Source: a virus (lineage: Duplodnaviria > Heunggongvirae > Uroviricota > Caudoviricetes). From it: a stretch of 12,548 nucleotides of DNA. Both the position numbers and the translations under genes were made by a program. Shown piece by piece: positions 1 through 6,709 of the stretch (the stretch's first letter is position 1; each line of letters opens with the position of its first letter). The DNA lies in the IMG/VR virus record IMGVR_UViG_2778261640_000001, positions 1 through 12,548 of that record; one strand, given 5' to 3'. Under the pieces are notes generated by a model, which was given only the letters and a program-made list of their open reading frames with translations, was not told where the DNA came from and did no database searches.

Positions 1-411
1 ATGCCTGCCCCCGTCGTCCTGATCCTTGCGGCCGGGCGTGGAGAGCGCTTTCTCGCCTCCGGGGGAAATACCCATAAGTGTATCGGCTGGCGTCAGTCCC
101 CGGAGGTTGCGCCTTATCGCTGGCCATTTGAAGAAAACGGGAGAACTTTCGACCTTGCGATTGAACCGCAGATTACGACTAATGATCTGCGTCTGATGTT
201 GAGGCTGACTCTTGCCGGCGGAGGAATAACAATTGCCACTCAGGAAACTTTCAGGCCATATATTGAAAGCGGTAAGCTTGTATCGCTGCTTGATGACTTT
301 CTTCCACAATTTCCGGGCTTCTATCTGTATTTCCCACAGCGTCGCAATATTGCACCAAAGCTCCGCGCCCTGATTGACTACGTCAAAGAATGGCGGCAGC
401 AATTGGCTTAA
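1..411 (+). CDS. LysR-family transcriptional regulator, C-terminal part (5' end outside window); probably host flank
   Basis: ORF runs from the window edge to TAA at 409-411. From about residue 40 the translation reads like a LysR effector-binding domain C-terminus (RWPFEENGRTF, NDLRLMLRLTLAGGGITIATQETF, IESGKLVSLLDDF, FYLYFPQRRNIAPKLRALIDYVKEW). The first 40 residues are less typical. Confidence 0.55.
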   Translation: MPAPVVLILAAGRGERFLASGGNTHKCIGWRQSPEVAPYRWPFEENGRTFDLAIEPQITTNDLRLMLRLTLAGGGITIATQETFRPYIESGKLVSLLDDFLPQFPGFYLYFPQRRNIAPKLRALIDYVKEWRQQLA

Positions 412-671
412 ATGTCTGCACCTGCACTGCCTGATGTCAGAACAGTATTTTGATGAATTGCCAAGGTTACAATGGCACAAATACGGCACAGGAGGAAACG
501 TGGTGTATTTAAATATGGGGTAACTCTTTGATTTTAATGGTGCGATAATAGGAATGAACATTACAAGTTAACACATTGATTTATAATAGATTATAATATT
601 CAAAAAATATAACTATACACATATCTATACACACTGCGTGCGTCGCTTGTTTTTCGCACAATTAAAAATAA

Positions 672-975
672 GAAAAAAATTTTTTTTCGAAAGAACTGTT
701 CACACTGTTCACCTTTCTTTTTTCTCCTTTTATTTCAGTATGATAGGTGGTGAATAATGGGTGAAGGGTGAACATTCGATTCTTCACCTCCGGCATTCTG
801 CCGGTGTGACTCATACCGGTGATTAATCCCCCGTACTAAAAATCGCACAGGGAGAAAAAAGTTTTTTTTGATTTGATTGTTCACACTGTTCACCTTTCGT
901 TTTTCTCTTTTAATTTCAGTGTGATAACGGGTGAATATACGGTGAAGGGTGAACAGTGGATTGTTCACCTTCGGG
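672..975. repeat. crr: crr-like cis replication region: two ~120-bp direct repeats (672-792 and 852-975) separated by ~60 bp, each carrying TGTTCACC / GGTGAACA octamers
   Basis: Hand alignment shows the two copies nearly identical (ctgttcacactgttcacctttc ... atttcagt.tgata ... ggtgaagggtgaaca ... ttcacct). This matches the recalled P4 crr layout and sits immediately downstream of the alpha gene. Confidence 0.75.
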
Positions 976-988
976 GGATTCAGGGATG

Positions 989-1012
989 AAAAAAGACCGG
1001 CAGATGCCGGTC
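989..1012 (-). terminator. Rho-independent terminator of the leftward (alpha) operon
   Basis: On the minus strand an 8-bp inverted repeat GACCGGCA/TGCCGGTC (995-1012) is followed by six T (989-994), 17 nt after the alpha stop codon. Confidence 0.65.
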
Positions 1013-1028
1013 AGATGAGTCATGAGGG

Positions 1029-3362
1029 TCAGGTTGTTGCAGGGTCGTCACATTTTGGCAGCCAGTCGCCGTAGCTTTCCTCTTTCAGCGTCAGGTTGGT
1101 CTGTATCCCCTGTTTGGTATGGCGCTTCTCGTAATTCAGCCCGTATTCCTTCAGCATCACCGGCAGCCCCAGCCCGAACATTTTCAGACTGAGTACATTC
1201 CGGTAGCCGTTTGCCTCCATGTAGGCCAGATAGGCGTGATAGAGGTATTTACGGTAGTTACGCGGGATGATACTGGCGTTCCCCATATACATGCCGCTGG
1301 TCTGCGGCAGGGTTTCCAGATAGCCGATAAAATCAAACGTCGGGTCGGCATCCCGTTTGATGTTCAGTGCCTCGTCTGAGTTCTGCTGGGACTGAAGCAG
1401 TGACCGGGCGAGCATCGGGTCGCTGAACTTCTGCATCAGGTGACGCACGATGACCGCCAGCTCGCGGGTGATTTTGTCCTTAAGCTGCGGGTCGCGCTCC
1501 TGCGGGGCTATCTGTTCCGGGAAGTGAATAATCACCCGCCGGCGTGACACGCCGCCGCTGCGGTCGGTGAAGCGCATCGGGTTATTGTTGACGGCCAGAA
1601 TCACCGCCGGGATATGCGTGGAGTACGCATCCCGGTATTTCGGGTCAACGGACACCGCATCGCCGCCGGTGATGGCCTTGAGTCCGGCTCCGTCGCCGCT
1701 CCATTTTTCCTGGTCCGGCAGGCGTATCAGTGAGAAGCCAGTTAACGCGGCACGTTCACGCGGGGATTCCAGCGTCTCGATGGTGGCCGACGTGGCGTTA
1801 TCCTCCCCGGCCAGCAGGGTGGCTATTTCGGCCATGATACTTTTGCCGCTGCCGCCGGGACCGGTCACCTCCAGAAAGAGCTGCCAGTCGTAGCGGTTTG
1901 CCAGCACCATAAACAGTGCGGCCAGAATCACGTCGCGTTTTTCCGCACGACCACCGGCGGCACGGTCAAGCCAGCGCCAGAACGCGGGAGCGTGGGTTTC
2001 CAGCGTTTCCCCTTCCACCGGCGGGGTGAAATCCACATCGCACAGGGTGCGCATCCAGTGTGACGGACTGTGCGGGTGGAACGAGCCGTTCTGCGTGTCG
2101 AGCACGCCGTTACGAAAGCCAATCAGGCGGCGGGAGGGGGCTTCCTGCTGCGGAATAATCAGCTTCAGGGTGTCCACCACGGAGGCCACCTTCCCGGAGG
2201 AGAACGGCGCGCGCAGCCGCTGAAACAGCCCGGCCACATCCCGGGCAAAGTCCTGTGGTGGCAGCACCTTCCAGACACCATTTTCATAGCGGGACAGAAG
2301 CTGGCCGTTGGCATCGACCGCGAGCGCCTCGCCGTAATGCTCATAGATACGCATGGCCTTTTCGCTGGTACTCATGGCGGAAAACTCCGCTTCGCTCATG
2401 GTGTCGAACGGGCTTTCAGCCGGTGGCCGGATGGCATCATAAATGGCCTTACGGGTGGCTTCCCCGCCGTACTGCGTGAAGGCATCATTCCAGTCACCGA
2501 AGACCGGCGGCAGGGCAACAACACCTTCACACGCATCTGCGGCTGCGGCGGCTTTTGTCTGGCCGTCACCGCTGAGGTCACGGTCAGCAGCAAGGACAAT
2601 CTGACAGGCCGGATGCTTCTGCCGGGCAAGGCTGGCCAGAGAAAGGAGGTTCACGGAAGAAAGCGCCACCATCACCGTTTCACCGGTCAGGTGATGTACG
2701 GTAAGTGCGGTCGCGTATCCCTCCGCTATCCACAGACGTTTTCCGGCCTGATTCTGTCCTTCAAGGGTGTGACAGGTGCCCCTGACCTGTCCGCCTTTCA
2801 GGGTGCGCTTACGGCCGTCAGCACTGATTAACTGAAGGTTAACCAGTTCGCCGCTGTCGTCATACAGTGGCACCACAAGGTCACCGGCGCGCCAGCTCAC
2901 GCCACCGGCTCTGTGTGTGCCGGTCAGCATCCGGCATTCCCGGCCGGGAAAGCCCTTGCGGGTCAGGTAGGCGTTACCGGTTCCGGGACGGGTTTTCGCC
3001 ATCAGGGTTTGTGCCAGTGCGGCGGCGTTCTTCCGGGCGGCTTCTGTTTCAGCACCGGCGGCAGCCGTCACTGCCGGGTCAGCCGGGGGCAGACTGCCGG
3101 TCACGGCAGCCACCTTTGTGGCCGCGTCGGACGGGGAAACACCAAACACCTTTTCAACCAGTTTCAGGCCGTCACCGGCACCACACTGATTGCAGTACCA
3201 GGTGCCGCGCCCCTCCCTGTCATCAAAACGGAAGCGGTCACTCCCGCCACAGACCGGACAGGGCTGATGACGGTTTTTCAGCACCTGAATCCCCAGCGCC
3301 GGGAGAATACGCGGCCAGTGACCGAGCGCATGGCTGACGGTGGCGGTTACGTTCATTTTCAT
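1029..3362 (-). CDS. alpha: P4 alpha-type primase-helicase / origin-binding replication protein
   Basis: 777-aa ORF. N-terminal zinc-ribbon primase signature (CPVCGGSDRFRFDD ... WYCNQCG), a Toprim-like acidic stretch (LAADRDLSGDGQ), Walker A GPGGSGKS and a long C-terminal domain. AGGAG sits 9 nt upstream of the ATG. Length equals recalled P4 alpha. Confidence 0.9.
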   Translation of the reverse strand: MKMNVTATVSHALGHWPRILPALGIQVLKNRHQPCPVCGGSDRFRFDDREGRGTWYCNQCGAGDGLKLVEKVFGVSPSDAATKVAAVTGSLPPADPAVTAAAGAETEAARKNAAALAQTLMAKTRPGTGNAYLTRKGFPGRECRMLTGTHRAGGVSWRAGDLVVPLYDDSGELVNLQLISADGRKRTLKGGQVRGTCHTLEGQNQAGKRLWIAEGYATALTVHHLTGETVMVALSSVNLLSLASLARQKHPACQIVLAADRDLSGDGQTKAAAAADACEGVVALPPVFGDWNDAFTQYGGEATRKAIYDAIRPPAESPFDTMSEAEFSAMSTSEKAMRIYEHYGEALAVDANGQLLSRYENGVWKVLPPQDFARDVAGLFQRLRAPFSSGKVASVVDTLKLIIPQQEAPSRRLIGFRNGVLDTQNGSFHPHSPSHWMRTLCDVDFTPPVEGETLETHAPAFWRWLDRAAGGRAEKRDVILAALFMVLANRYDWQLFLEVTGPGGSGKSIMAEIATLLAGEDNATSATIETLESPRERAALTGFSLIRLPDQEKWSGDGAGLKAITGGDAVSVDPKYRDAYSTHIPAVILAVNNNPMRFTDRSGGVSRRRVIIHFPEQIAPQERDPQLKDKITRELAVIVRHLMQKFSDPMLARSLLQSQQNSDEALNIKRDADPTFDFIGYLETLPQTSGMYMGNASIIPRNYRKYLYHAYLAYMEANGYRNVLSLKMFGLGLPVMLKEYGLNYEKRHTKQGIQTNLTLKEESYGDWLPKCDDPATT

Positions 3363-3376
3363 GGTGTTGTTCTCCT

Positions 3377-3697
3377 TCAGTGCAGTACCGGCGCTTTTAT
3401 GTGACGGGCACAGAGTTCATCCATCACAACCAGCCCGAGAAAGGACAGCGACGGCGCGGCCTTCAGGGGGCCGGATTCCATTAAATCTTCCAGCAGGGCA
3501 CAGGCTATCTGACGCCCTTTTTCCTCACCGTGCTGGCGCAGATAAAAGCCTTCCAGCTCAGCGGCGATGGCCGCCTCCAGTGATTCAAGGGTGAGATGCG
3601 GGTAGCGGTGCTGACGTTCGCACACGGTCAGCCAGGCACAGGCGACAGCACGACGGTAAAGGGCTGCGCGTAAGACGGGCGGTAAGGGTGTTTTCAT
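3377..3697 (-). CDS. cnr: Cnr-like copy-number regulator (P4 orf106 equivalent)
   Basis: 106-aa ORF immediately upstream of alpha in the same operon, with GGGAGG 7 nt before the ATG. Position and length match recalled P4 cnr. Confidence 0.7.
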
Positions 3698-3832
3698 TTG
3701 CTTTCCTCCCTGTGACAGATGACTGCATTCCGTGCCGGTTGCATTAACTGATAAGGCATATCTGCGTCTCCTGAAGACGTGCGTATCCCTGCGCGAATAC
3801 GCACATTTAATTTTTCGGGGGTCGTTTTTTAA

Positions 3833-4288
3833 TTACAGATAATTGCGGTAACTGTTATCCGGGGTGGTTTCCGGGTCAGGCTCCATGCGGGGAATTTCCC
3901 GCCATTCCCGCGCCACCGGTGCCGCCCGGCTGACCGGAACAGGGGCCTGCGGGTAAATATCCAGATATTTTTCCCGCCATTTCTGTAATTCCGGGTCTCC
4001 GGCCATTTCTTTCAGTACCGCATGCCGGTTTACGGGGCTGCGTTTAAACAGGTCAGGACGGTCACAGGTAAATTCCCGCAGAAAACGCCCCAGCGGGATG
4101 TCTGTGGTGCGCCCGTCAGCGAGGATACGCACAAGGATACTGAATTTACGGCGGTACGGGTTCCAGACAATGTCCGGGCAGCGGTACGGCATTTCCCACG
4201 GAATACCGTCTTCCAGAATGCCGACCACGGCCACATCGGGAAAACCGGCAGAACGGTAAATCTCACCGGGCTGGGGAAAATCAAACAT
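3833..4288 (-). CDS. P4 orf151-like protein, function unknown
   Basis: 151-aa ORF with GGGGAGA upstream of the ATG. Its ATG overlaps the last codons of the upstream epsilon-like ORF, suggesting translational coupling. Length and position match P4 orf151. Confidence 0.65.
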   Translation of the reverse strand: MFDFPQPGEIYRSAGFPDVAVVGILEDGIPWEMPYRCPDIVWNPYRRKFSILVRILADGRTTDIPLGRFLREFTCDRPDLFKRSPVNRHAVLKEMAGDPELQKWREKYLDIYPQAPVPVSRAAPVAREWREIPRMEPDPETTPDNSYRNYL

Positions 4289-4568
4289 GCGTCCTGTCTC
4301 CCCGGTCTTTCTGCTGGGCGAGAAAATCGCGGCACAGGCCTTTGGCTTTCAGCTCATTCAGCACAAAATCAATATCTTCATTCAGGTAGCTGAAAATATG
4401 CGGAATGTAGAGCTGATGCAGGCCGGAGAGTTCACGGTGAATCAAATCACCCCCAACAAACTGGGATACGGCGCTGGCGCGGTTGAGCTTATGGTAAGCC
4501 TCAATGCTGAGGTGTTCACGGGCGTCATGACGCGCTGAGACGGTCTGAGGGGCTTTTTTATTACGCAC
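4281..4568 (-). CDS. epsilon: epsilon-like protein (P4 antirepressor position), 95 aa from a GTG start
   Basis: GTG at 4568-4566 is preceded by GGTGGTGGAGGTG and overlaps the kil stop. The track's longer 147-aa version would overlap kil out of frame and lacks a ribosome-binding site. Confidence 0.55.
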   Translation of the reverse strand: MRNKKAPQTVSARHDAREHLSIEAYHKLNRASAVSQFVGGDLIHRELSGLHQLYIPHIFSYLNEDIDFVLNELKAKGLCRDFLAQQKDRGDRTHV

Positions 4569-4758
4569 GGGACACCTCCACCACCGGCAGACGGGCAGCA
4601 AGGGAGAGCACATAGTCACGGACAAGGGAACGGCGGGCGCTGCGTTCATCACCGGCGACGGTGCGAAGCATACAGATACGGGGATGACGGTCTGCGCGAC
4701 GGACAGCCGCAAACACAAAGACAAATTCAGGGTGTGAGGGGGTAAGGGTTGTAGCCAT
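4561..4758 (-). CDS. kil: Kil-like 65-aa peptide, first translated gene downstream of PLE
   Basis: ATG at 4758-4756 is preceded by GGAGG at an 8-nt spacing and gives exactly 65 aa ([12 protein letters not shown]...VVEVSRA) to the TAA at 4563-4561. This is the 3' part of the longer eta frame. Confidence 0.6.
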   Translation of the reverse strand: MATTLTPSHPEFVFVFAAVRRADRHPRICMLRTVAGDERSARRSLVRDYVLSLAARLPVVEVSRA

Positions 4759-5160
4759 GATGGCAGCCTCCGTTAGATAGCAGGTTACGCTATCGCCGGA
4801 GTTCTCACGCTCAATGGCGATAGCCCAGACGGGGGTGAGAATACCGGCTCTAACGGATACCGGCCAGCCCGGAGGCTGCCCCGCCTGAGCTACCATTGAC
4901 TCTGCGGCATAATGAGCGGACGCGGGCAGGATGCACGGAATGCCATCTGCACGACTGACCACACACCACACCATAATCTGGCGCTCTGTGGCGTTGATTG
5001 CGACACAAAAAAAGACGCATGGCGCGTCATATGTCGCCGTTAGATTGCTCGGGTTCTCACGCCCGGCTGCCGATTTTGCGGCAGCGGAAAAACTATATCC
5101 GCAAATGCCGGAAAAAGGCAAGCCAGAAAAAGGGACTTTTTGCAGAGCGGGCATCATCAT
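4561..5160 (-). CDS. eta: eta-like ORF (about 199 aa), same frame as kil, starting upstream of PLE and spanning the cI/seq region
   Basis: The in-frame ATGATGATG at 5160-5152 overlaps the vis stop. Starting at 5160 gives 199 aa. The frame stays open across seqA, the seqB region and seqC. The track's upstream start at 5205 lies inside vis. Confidence 0.4.
   Translation of the reverse strand: MMMPALQKVPFSGLPFSGICGYSFSAAAKSAAGRENPSNLTATYDAPCVFFCVAINATERQIMVWCVVSRADGIPCILPASAHYAAESMVAQAGQPPGWPVSVRAGILTPVWAIAIERENSGDSVTCYLTEAAIMATTLTPSHPEFVFVFAAVRRADRHPRICMLRTVAGDERSARRSLVRDYVLSLAARLPVVEVSRA
4770..4810 (-). promoter_or_regulatory. seqC-like target, complementary to seqB; overlaps the kil ribosome-binding site
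   Basis: Minus strand reads gcgtgagaactccggcgatagcgtaacctgctatctaacgg. Its ends (gtgagaa ... tctaacgg) are complementary to the seqB candidate. Confidence 0.55.
4812..4900 (-). ncRNA. cI: CI-RNA-like immunity RNA; boundaries approximate, seqB core at 4835-4856
   Basis: Minus-strand ccgttagagccggtattctcac (4856-4835) is complementary to both flanking elements. Exact ends cannot be set from sequence alone. Confidence 0.35.
5037..5062 (-). promoter_or_regulatory. seqA-like target, complementary to seqB, in the PLE leader
   Basis: Minus strand reads gcgtgagaacccgagcaatctaacgg, sharing gtgagaa and tctaacgg with seqC, both complementary to seqB. Confidence 0.55.
5092..5121 (-). promoter_or_regulatory. 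PLE-like sigma70 promoter of the leftward operon
   Basis: Minus strand -35 TTGCCT (5121-5116), 18-nt spacer, -10 TATAGT (5097-5092). The start would lie about 25 nt upstream of seqA. Confidence 0.5.
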
Positions 5161-5423
5161 GCGTCGTACCCCCGTTTGCGTCCGGCAATGCGCCCGGCCA
5201 TCCATGCGGTGACTTCTGAGTGCAGCCAGGCCACATTTTTACCGCCAAGACTCACCTGCGGCGGAAATTCCCCCTTACGGATGAGTTCATAGATGGTCGA
5301 GCGTGACAGGCCGCACAGGTGCATCACTTCCGGCAGACGTAAAAAACGCTCCTGCGTGATGTCCGGCAGCGGCATCAGTGGCGTCACAGGGGCGGGAGAC
5401 GGGGAAGAAAAAACAGCTTGCAT
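5157..5423 (-). CDS. vis: Vis-like AlpA-family helix-turn-helix regulator / excision factor
   Basis: 88-aa ORF with an AlpA-type motif ([44 protein letters not shown]). GAGG sits 8 nt upstream of the ATG. Length and position match P4 vis. Confidence 0.8.
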   Translation of the reverse strand: MQAVFSSPSPAPVTPLMPLPDITQERFLRLPEVMHLCGLSRSTIYELIRKGEFPPQVSLGGKNVAWLHSEVTAWMAGRIAGRKRGYDA

Positions 5424-5525
5424 CGGGCTACCTCGTTAATGTCCATACAGCACCGGATAAGTCCGTCCGGCTTCGGGTAGCGCTTTATTTTGTGAATATT
5501 TTCAGCAGACGCAACAGGGGGGATT

Positions 5526-5543
5526 TGTTCCGGCAGCCTTACA
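5526..5543. promoter_or_regulatory. TGT-N12-ACA dyad, an Ogr/Delta-type activator site, upstream of vis (PLL-like late promoter)
   Basis: TGT (5526-5528), 12 nt, ACA (5541-5543), centred about 110 bp upstream of the vis ATG. Confidence 0.45.
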
Positions 5544-5570
5544 ATGCTTGTGTGTTTTTTGTTCATCTCC

Positions 5571-5600
5571 ACTTAAAGTCATTTAAAGCCACTTAAAGCA
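5571..5600. repeat. Three tandem 10-bp repeats (acttaaagtc / atttaaagcc / acttaaagca)
   Basis: Read directly between the PLL-side dyad and the ori iterons. Function unknown. Confidence 0.5.
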
Positions 5601-5702
5601 ATTCGTAATTTTTATAGTGAAATACAAATCGTTTTTTCTTATTCATTCCCGGCGAATTAATAAAAACAAACAGTAATAAACAGCACAAAAAGCCCATCAA
5701 CG

Positions 5703-5807
5703 GGTGAACAGTGGTGAACAGACGGTGAACAGTCATTACTGCGATTGTTCACCATTTAACTTACTGTATTACTTATCTTTTTTCTTATGGTGAACAGAGG
5801 TGAACAG
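5703..5807. other. ori: ori-like replication origin: six TGTTCACC-type iterons in direct and inverted orientation
   Basis: GGTGAACAG at 5703, 5713, 5724, 5789 and 5799, plus inverted TGTTCACC at 5746, the same octamer as in crr. Flanked by AAACAAACAGTAA direct repeats (about 5665 and 5821). Lies about 4.9 kb from crr. Confidence 0.7.
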
Positions 5808-5885
5808 TAAAATATAAAAAAACAAACAGTAAGCCGGTTTTTCCTGCGACCTTTTCCTGGCTTGCCGGTGTGAGGATGAGTCTCC

Positions 5886-5903
5886 TGTGTCAGGGCTGGC
5901 ACA
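5886..5903. promoter_or_regulatory. TGT-N12-ACA dyad, an Ogr/Delta-type activator site, of a Psid-like late promoter
   Basis: TGT (5886-5888), gtcagggctggc, ACA (5901-5903), centred about 80 bp upstream of the sid ATG. Confidence 0.55.
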
Positions 5904-5974
5904 TCTGCAATGCGTCGTGTTGTTGTCCGGTGTACGTCACAATTTTCTCAACCTGAAGTGACGAGGAGCCGAAA

Positions 5975-6709
5975 ATGTCTGACAACACCATCCCTGAATA
6001 TCTGCAATCCGCGCTGGCACAACTGGAAAAGGCCAGAGCCGCCCATCTTGAGAACGCCCGTCTGATGGATGAGACCGTCACGGCCATTGAACGGGCAGAG
6101 CAGGAAAAAAATGCGCTGGCGCAGGCCGACGGAAACGACGCTGACGACTGGCGCACGGCCTTTCGTGCAGCCGGTGGTGTCCTGAGCGACGAGCTGAAAC
6201 AGCGCCACATTGAGCGCGTGGCACGCCGGGAGCTGGTACAGGAATATGACAATCTGGCCGTGGTGCTGAATTTTGAACGCGAACGCCTGAAAGGGGCGTG
6301 TGACAGCACGGCCACCGCCTACCGGAAGGCACATCATCACCTTCTGAGTCTGTATGCAGAGCATGAGCTGGAACACGCCCTGAATGAAACCTGTGAGGCG
6401 CTTGTCCGGGCAATGCATCTGAGCATTCTGGTACAGGAAAATCCGCTCGCCAACACCACCGGCCATCAGGGCTACGTCGCACCGGAAAAGGCTGTCATGC
6501 AGCAGGTGAAATCATCGCTGGAACAGAAAATTAAACAGATGCAAATCAGCCTCACCGGCGAGCCGGTTCTCCGGCTGACCGGACTGTCAGCGGCAACACT
6601 CCCGCACATGGATTATGAGGTGGCAGGCACACCGGCACAGCGCAAGGTGTGGCAGGACAAAATAGACCAGCAGGGTGCAGAGCTTAAGGCCAGAGGACTG
6701 CTGTCATGA
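5975..6709 (+). CDS. sid: Sid-like external capsid size-determination scaffold
   Basis: 244-aa ORF, coiled-coil-like and rich in A/E/L/Q. GAGGAG sits 7 nt before the ATG. Length and position match P4 sid. Confidence 0.8.
   Translation: MSDNTIPEYLQSALAQLEKARAAHLENARLMDETVTAIERAEQEKNALAQADGNDADDWRTAFRAAGGVLSDELKQRHIERVARRELVQEYDNLAVVLNFERERLKGACDSTATAYRKAHHHLLSLYAEHELEHALNETCEALVRAMHLSILVQENPLANTTGHQGYVAPEKAVMQQVKSSLEQKIKQMQISLTGEPVLRLTGLSAATLPHMDYEVAGTPAQRKVWQDKIDQQGAELKARGLLS

Noticed and set aside
412-660. Search for a tRNA gene or tRNA 3' fragment (attR)
   Set aside because: No convincing T-arm or CCA-end-like segment seen by eye, so no tRNA or att feature is called.
735-968. 77-aa minus-strand ORF
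   Set aside because: Lies entirely within the crr direct repeats; no ribosome-binding site and a repeat-derived composition. Most likely non-coding.
1119-3404. Several plus-strand ORFs of 64-253 aa antisense to alpha (1119-1379, 1567-1893, 2026-2223, 2070-2831, 2255-2479, 2867-3337, 2913-3404) and the minus-strand ORFs at 1928-2122 and 2396-2629
   Set aside because: Shadow ORFs in a GC-rich region fully covered by the 777-aa alpha gene; arginine/proline-rich, low-complexity translations.
4281-4724. 147-aa version of the epsilon ORF starting at 4724
   Set aside because: It would overlap kil out of frame for about 160 nt and has no ribosome-binding site. The GTG at 4568 with GGAGGTG upstream gives a 95-aa product.
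4561-5205. 214-aa version of the eta/kil frame starting at 5205
   Set aside because: The first 15 codons lie inside vis. The in-frame ATG cluster at 5160-5152 right at the vis stop is the more plausible start.
3340-5596. Plus-strand ORFs 3340-3594, 4022-4393, 4287-4538, 4931-5212, 4998-5219 and 5378-5596, and minus-strand ORFs 4030-4335 and 5384-5572
   Set aside because: They lie antisense to, or in alternative frames of, the leftward-operon genes and leader; none has a convincing ribosome-binding site or recognisable motif.
672-5807. Possibility that the repeated GGTGAACA units are a CRISPR array
   Set aside because: Units are 8-9 bp, occur in both orientations with irregular spacing, and match the iteron pattern of P4 ori/crr.
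5890-6482. Minus-strand ORFs of 134-172 aa antisense to sid
   Set aside because: Fully overlapped by the sid gene on the plus strand, whose product has the expected length and a strong ribosome-binding site.
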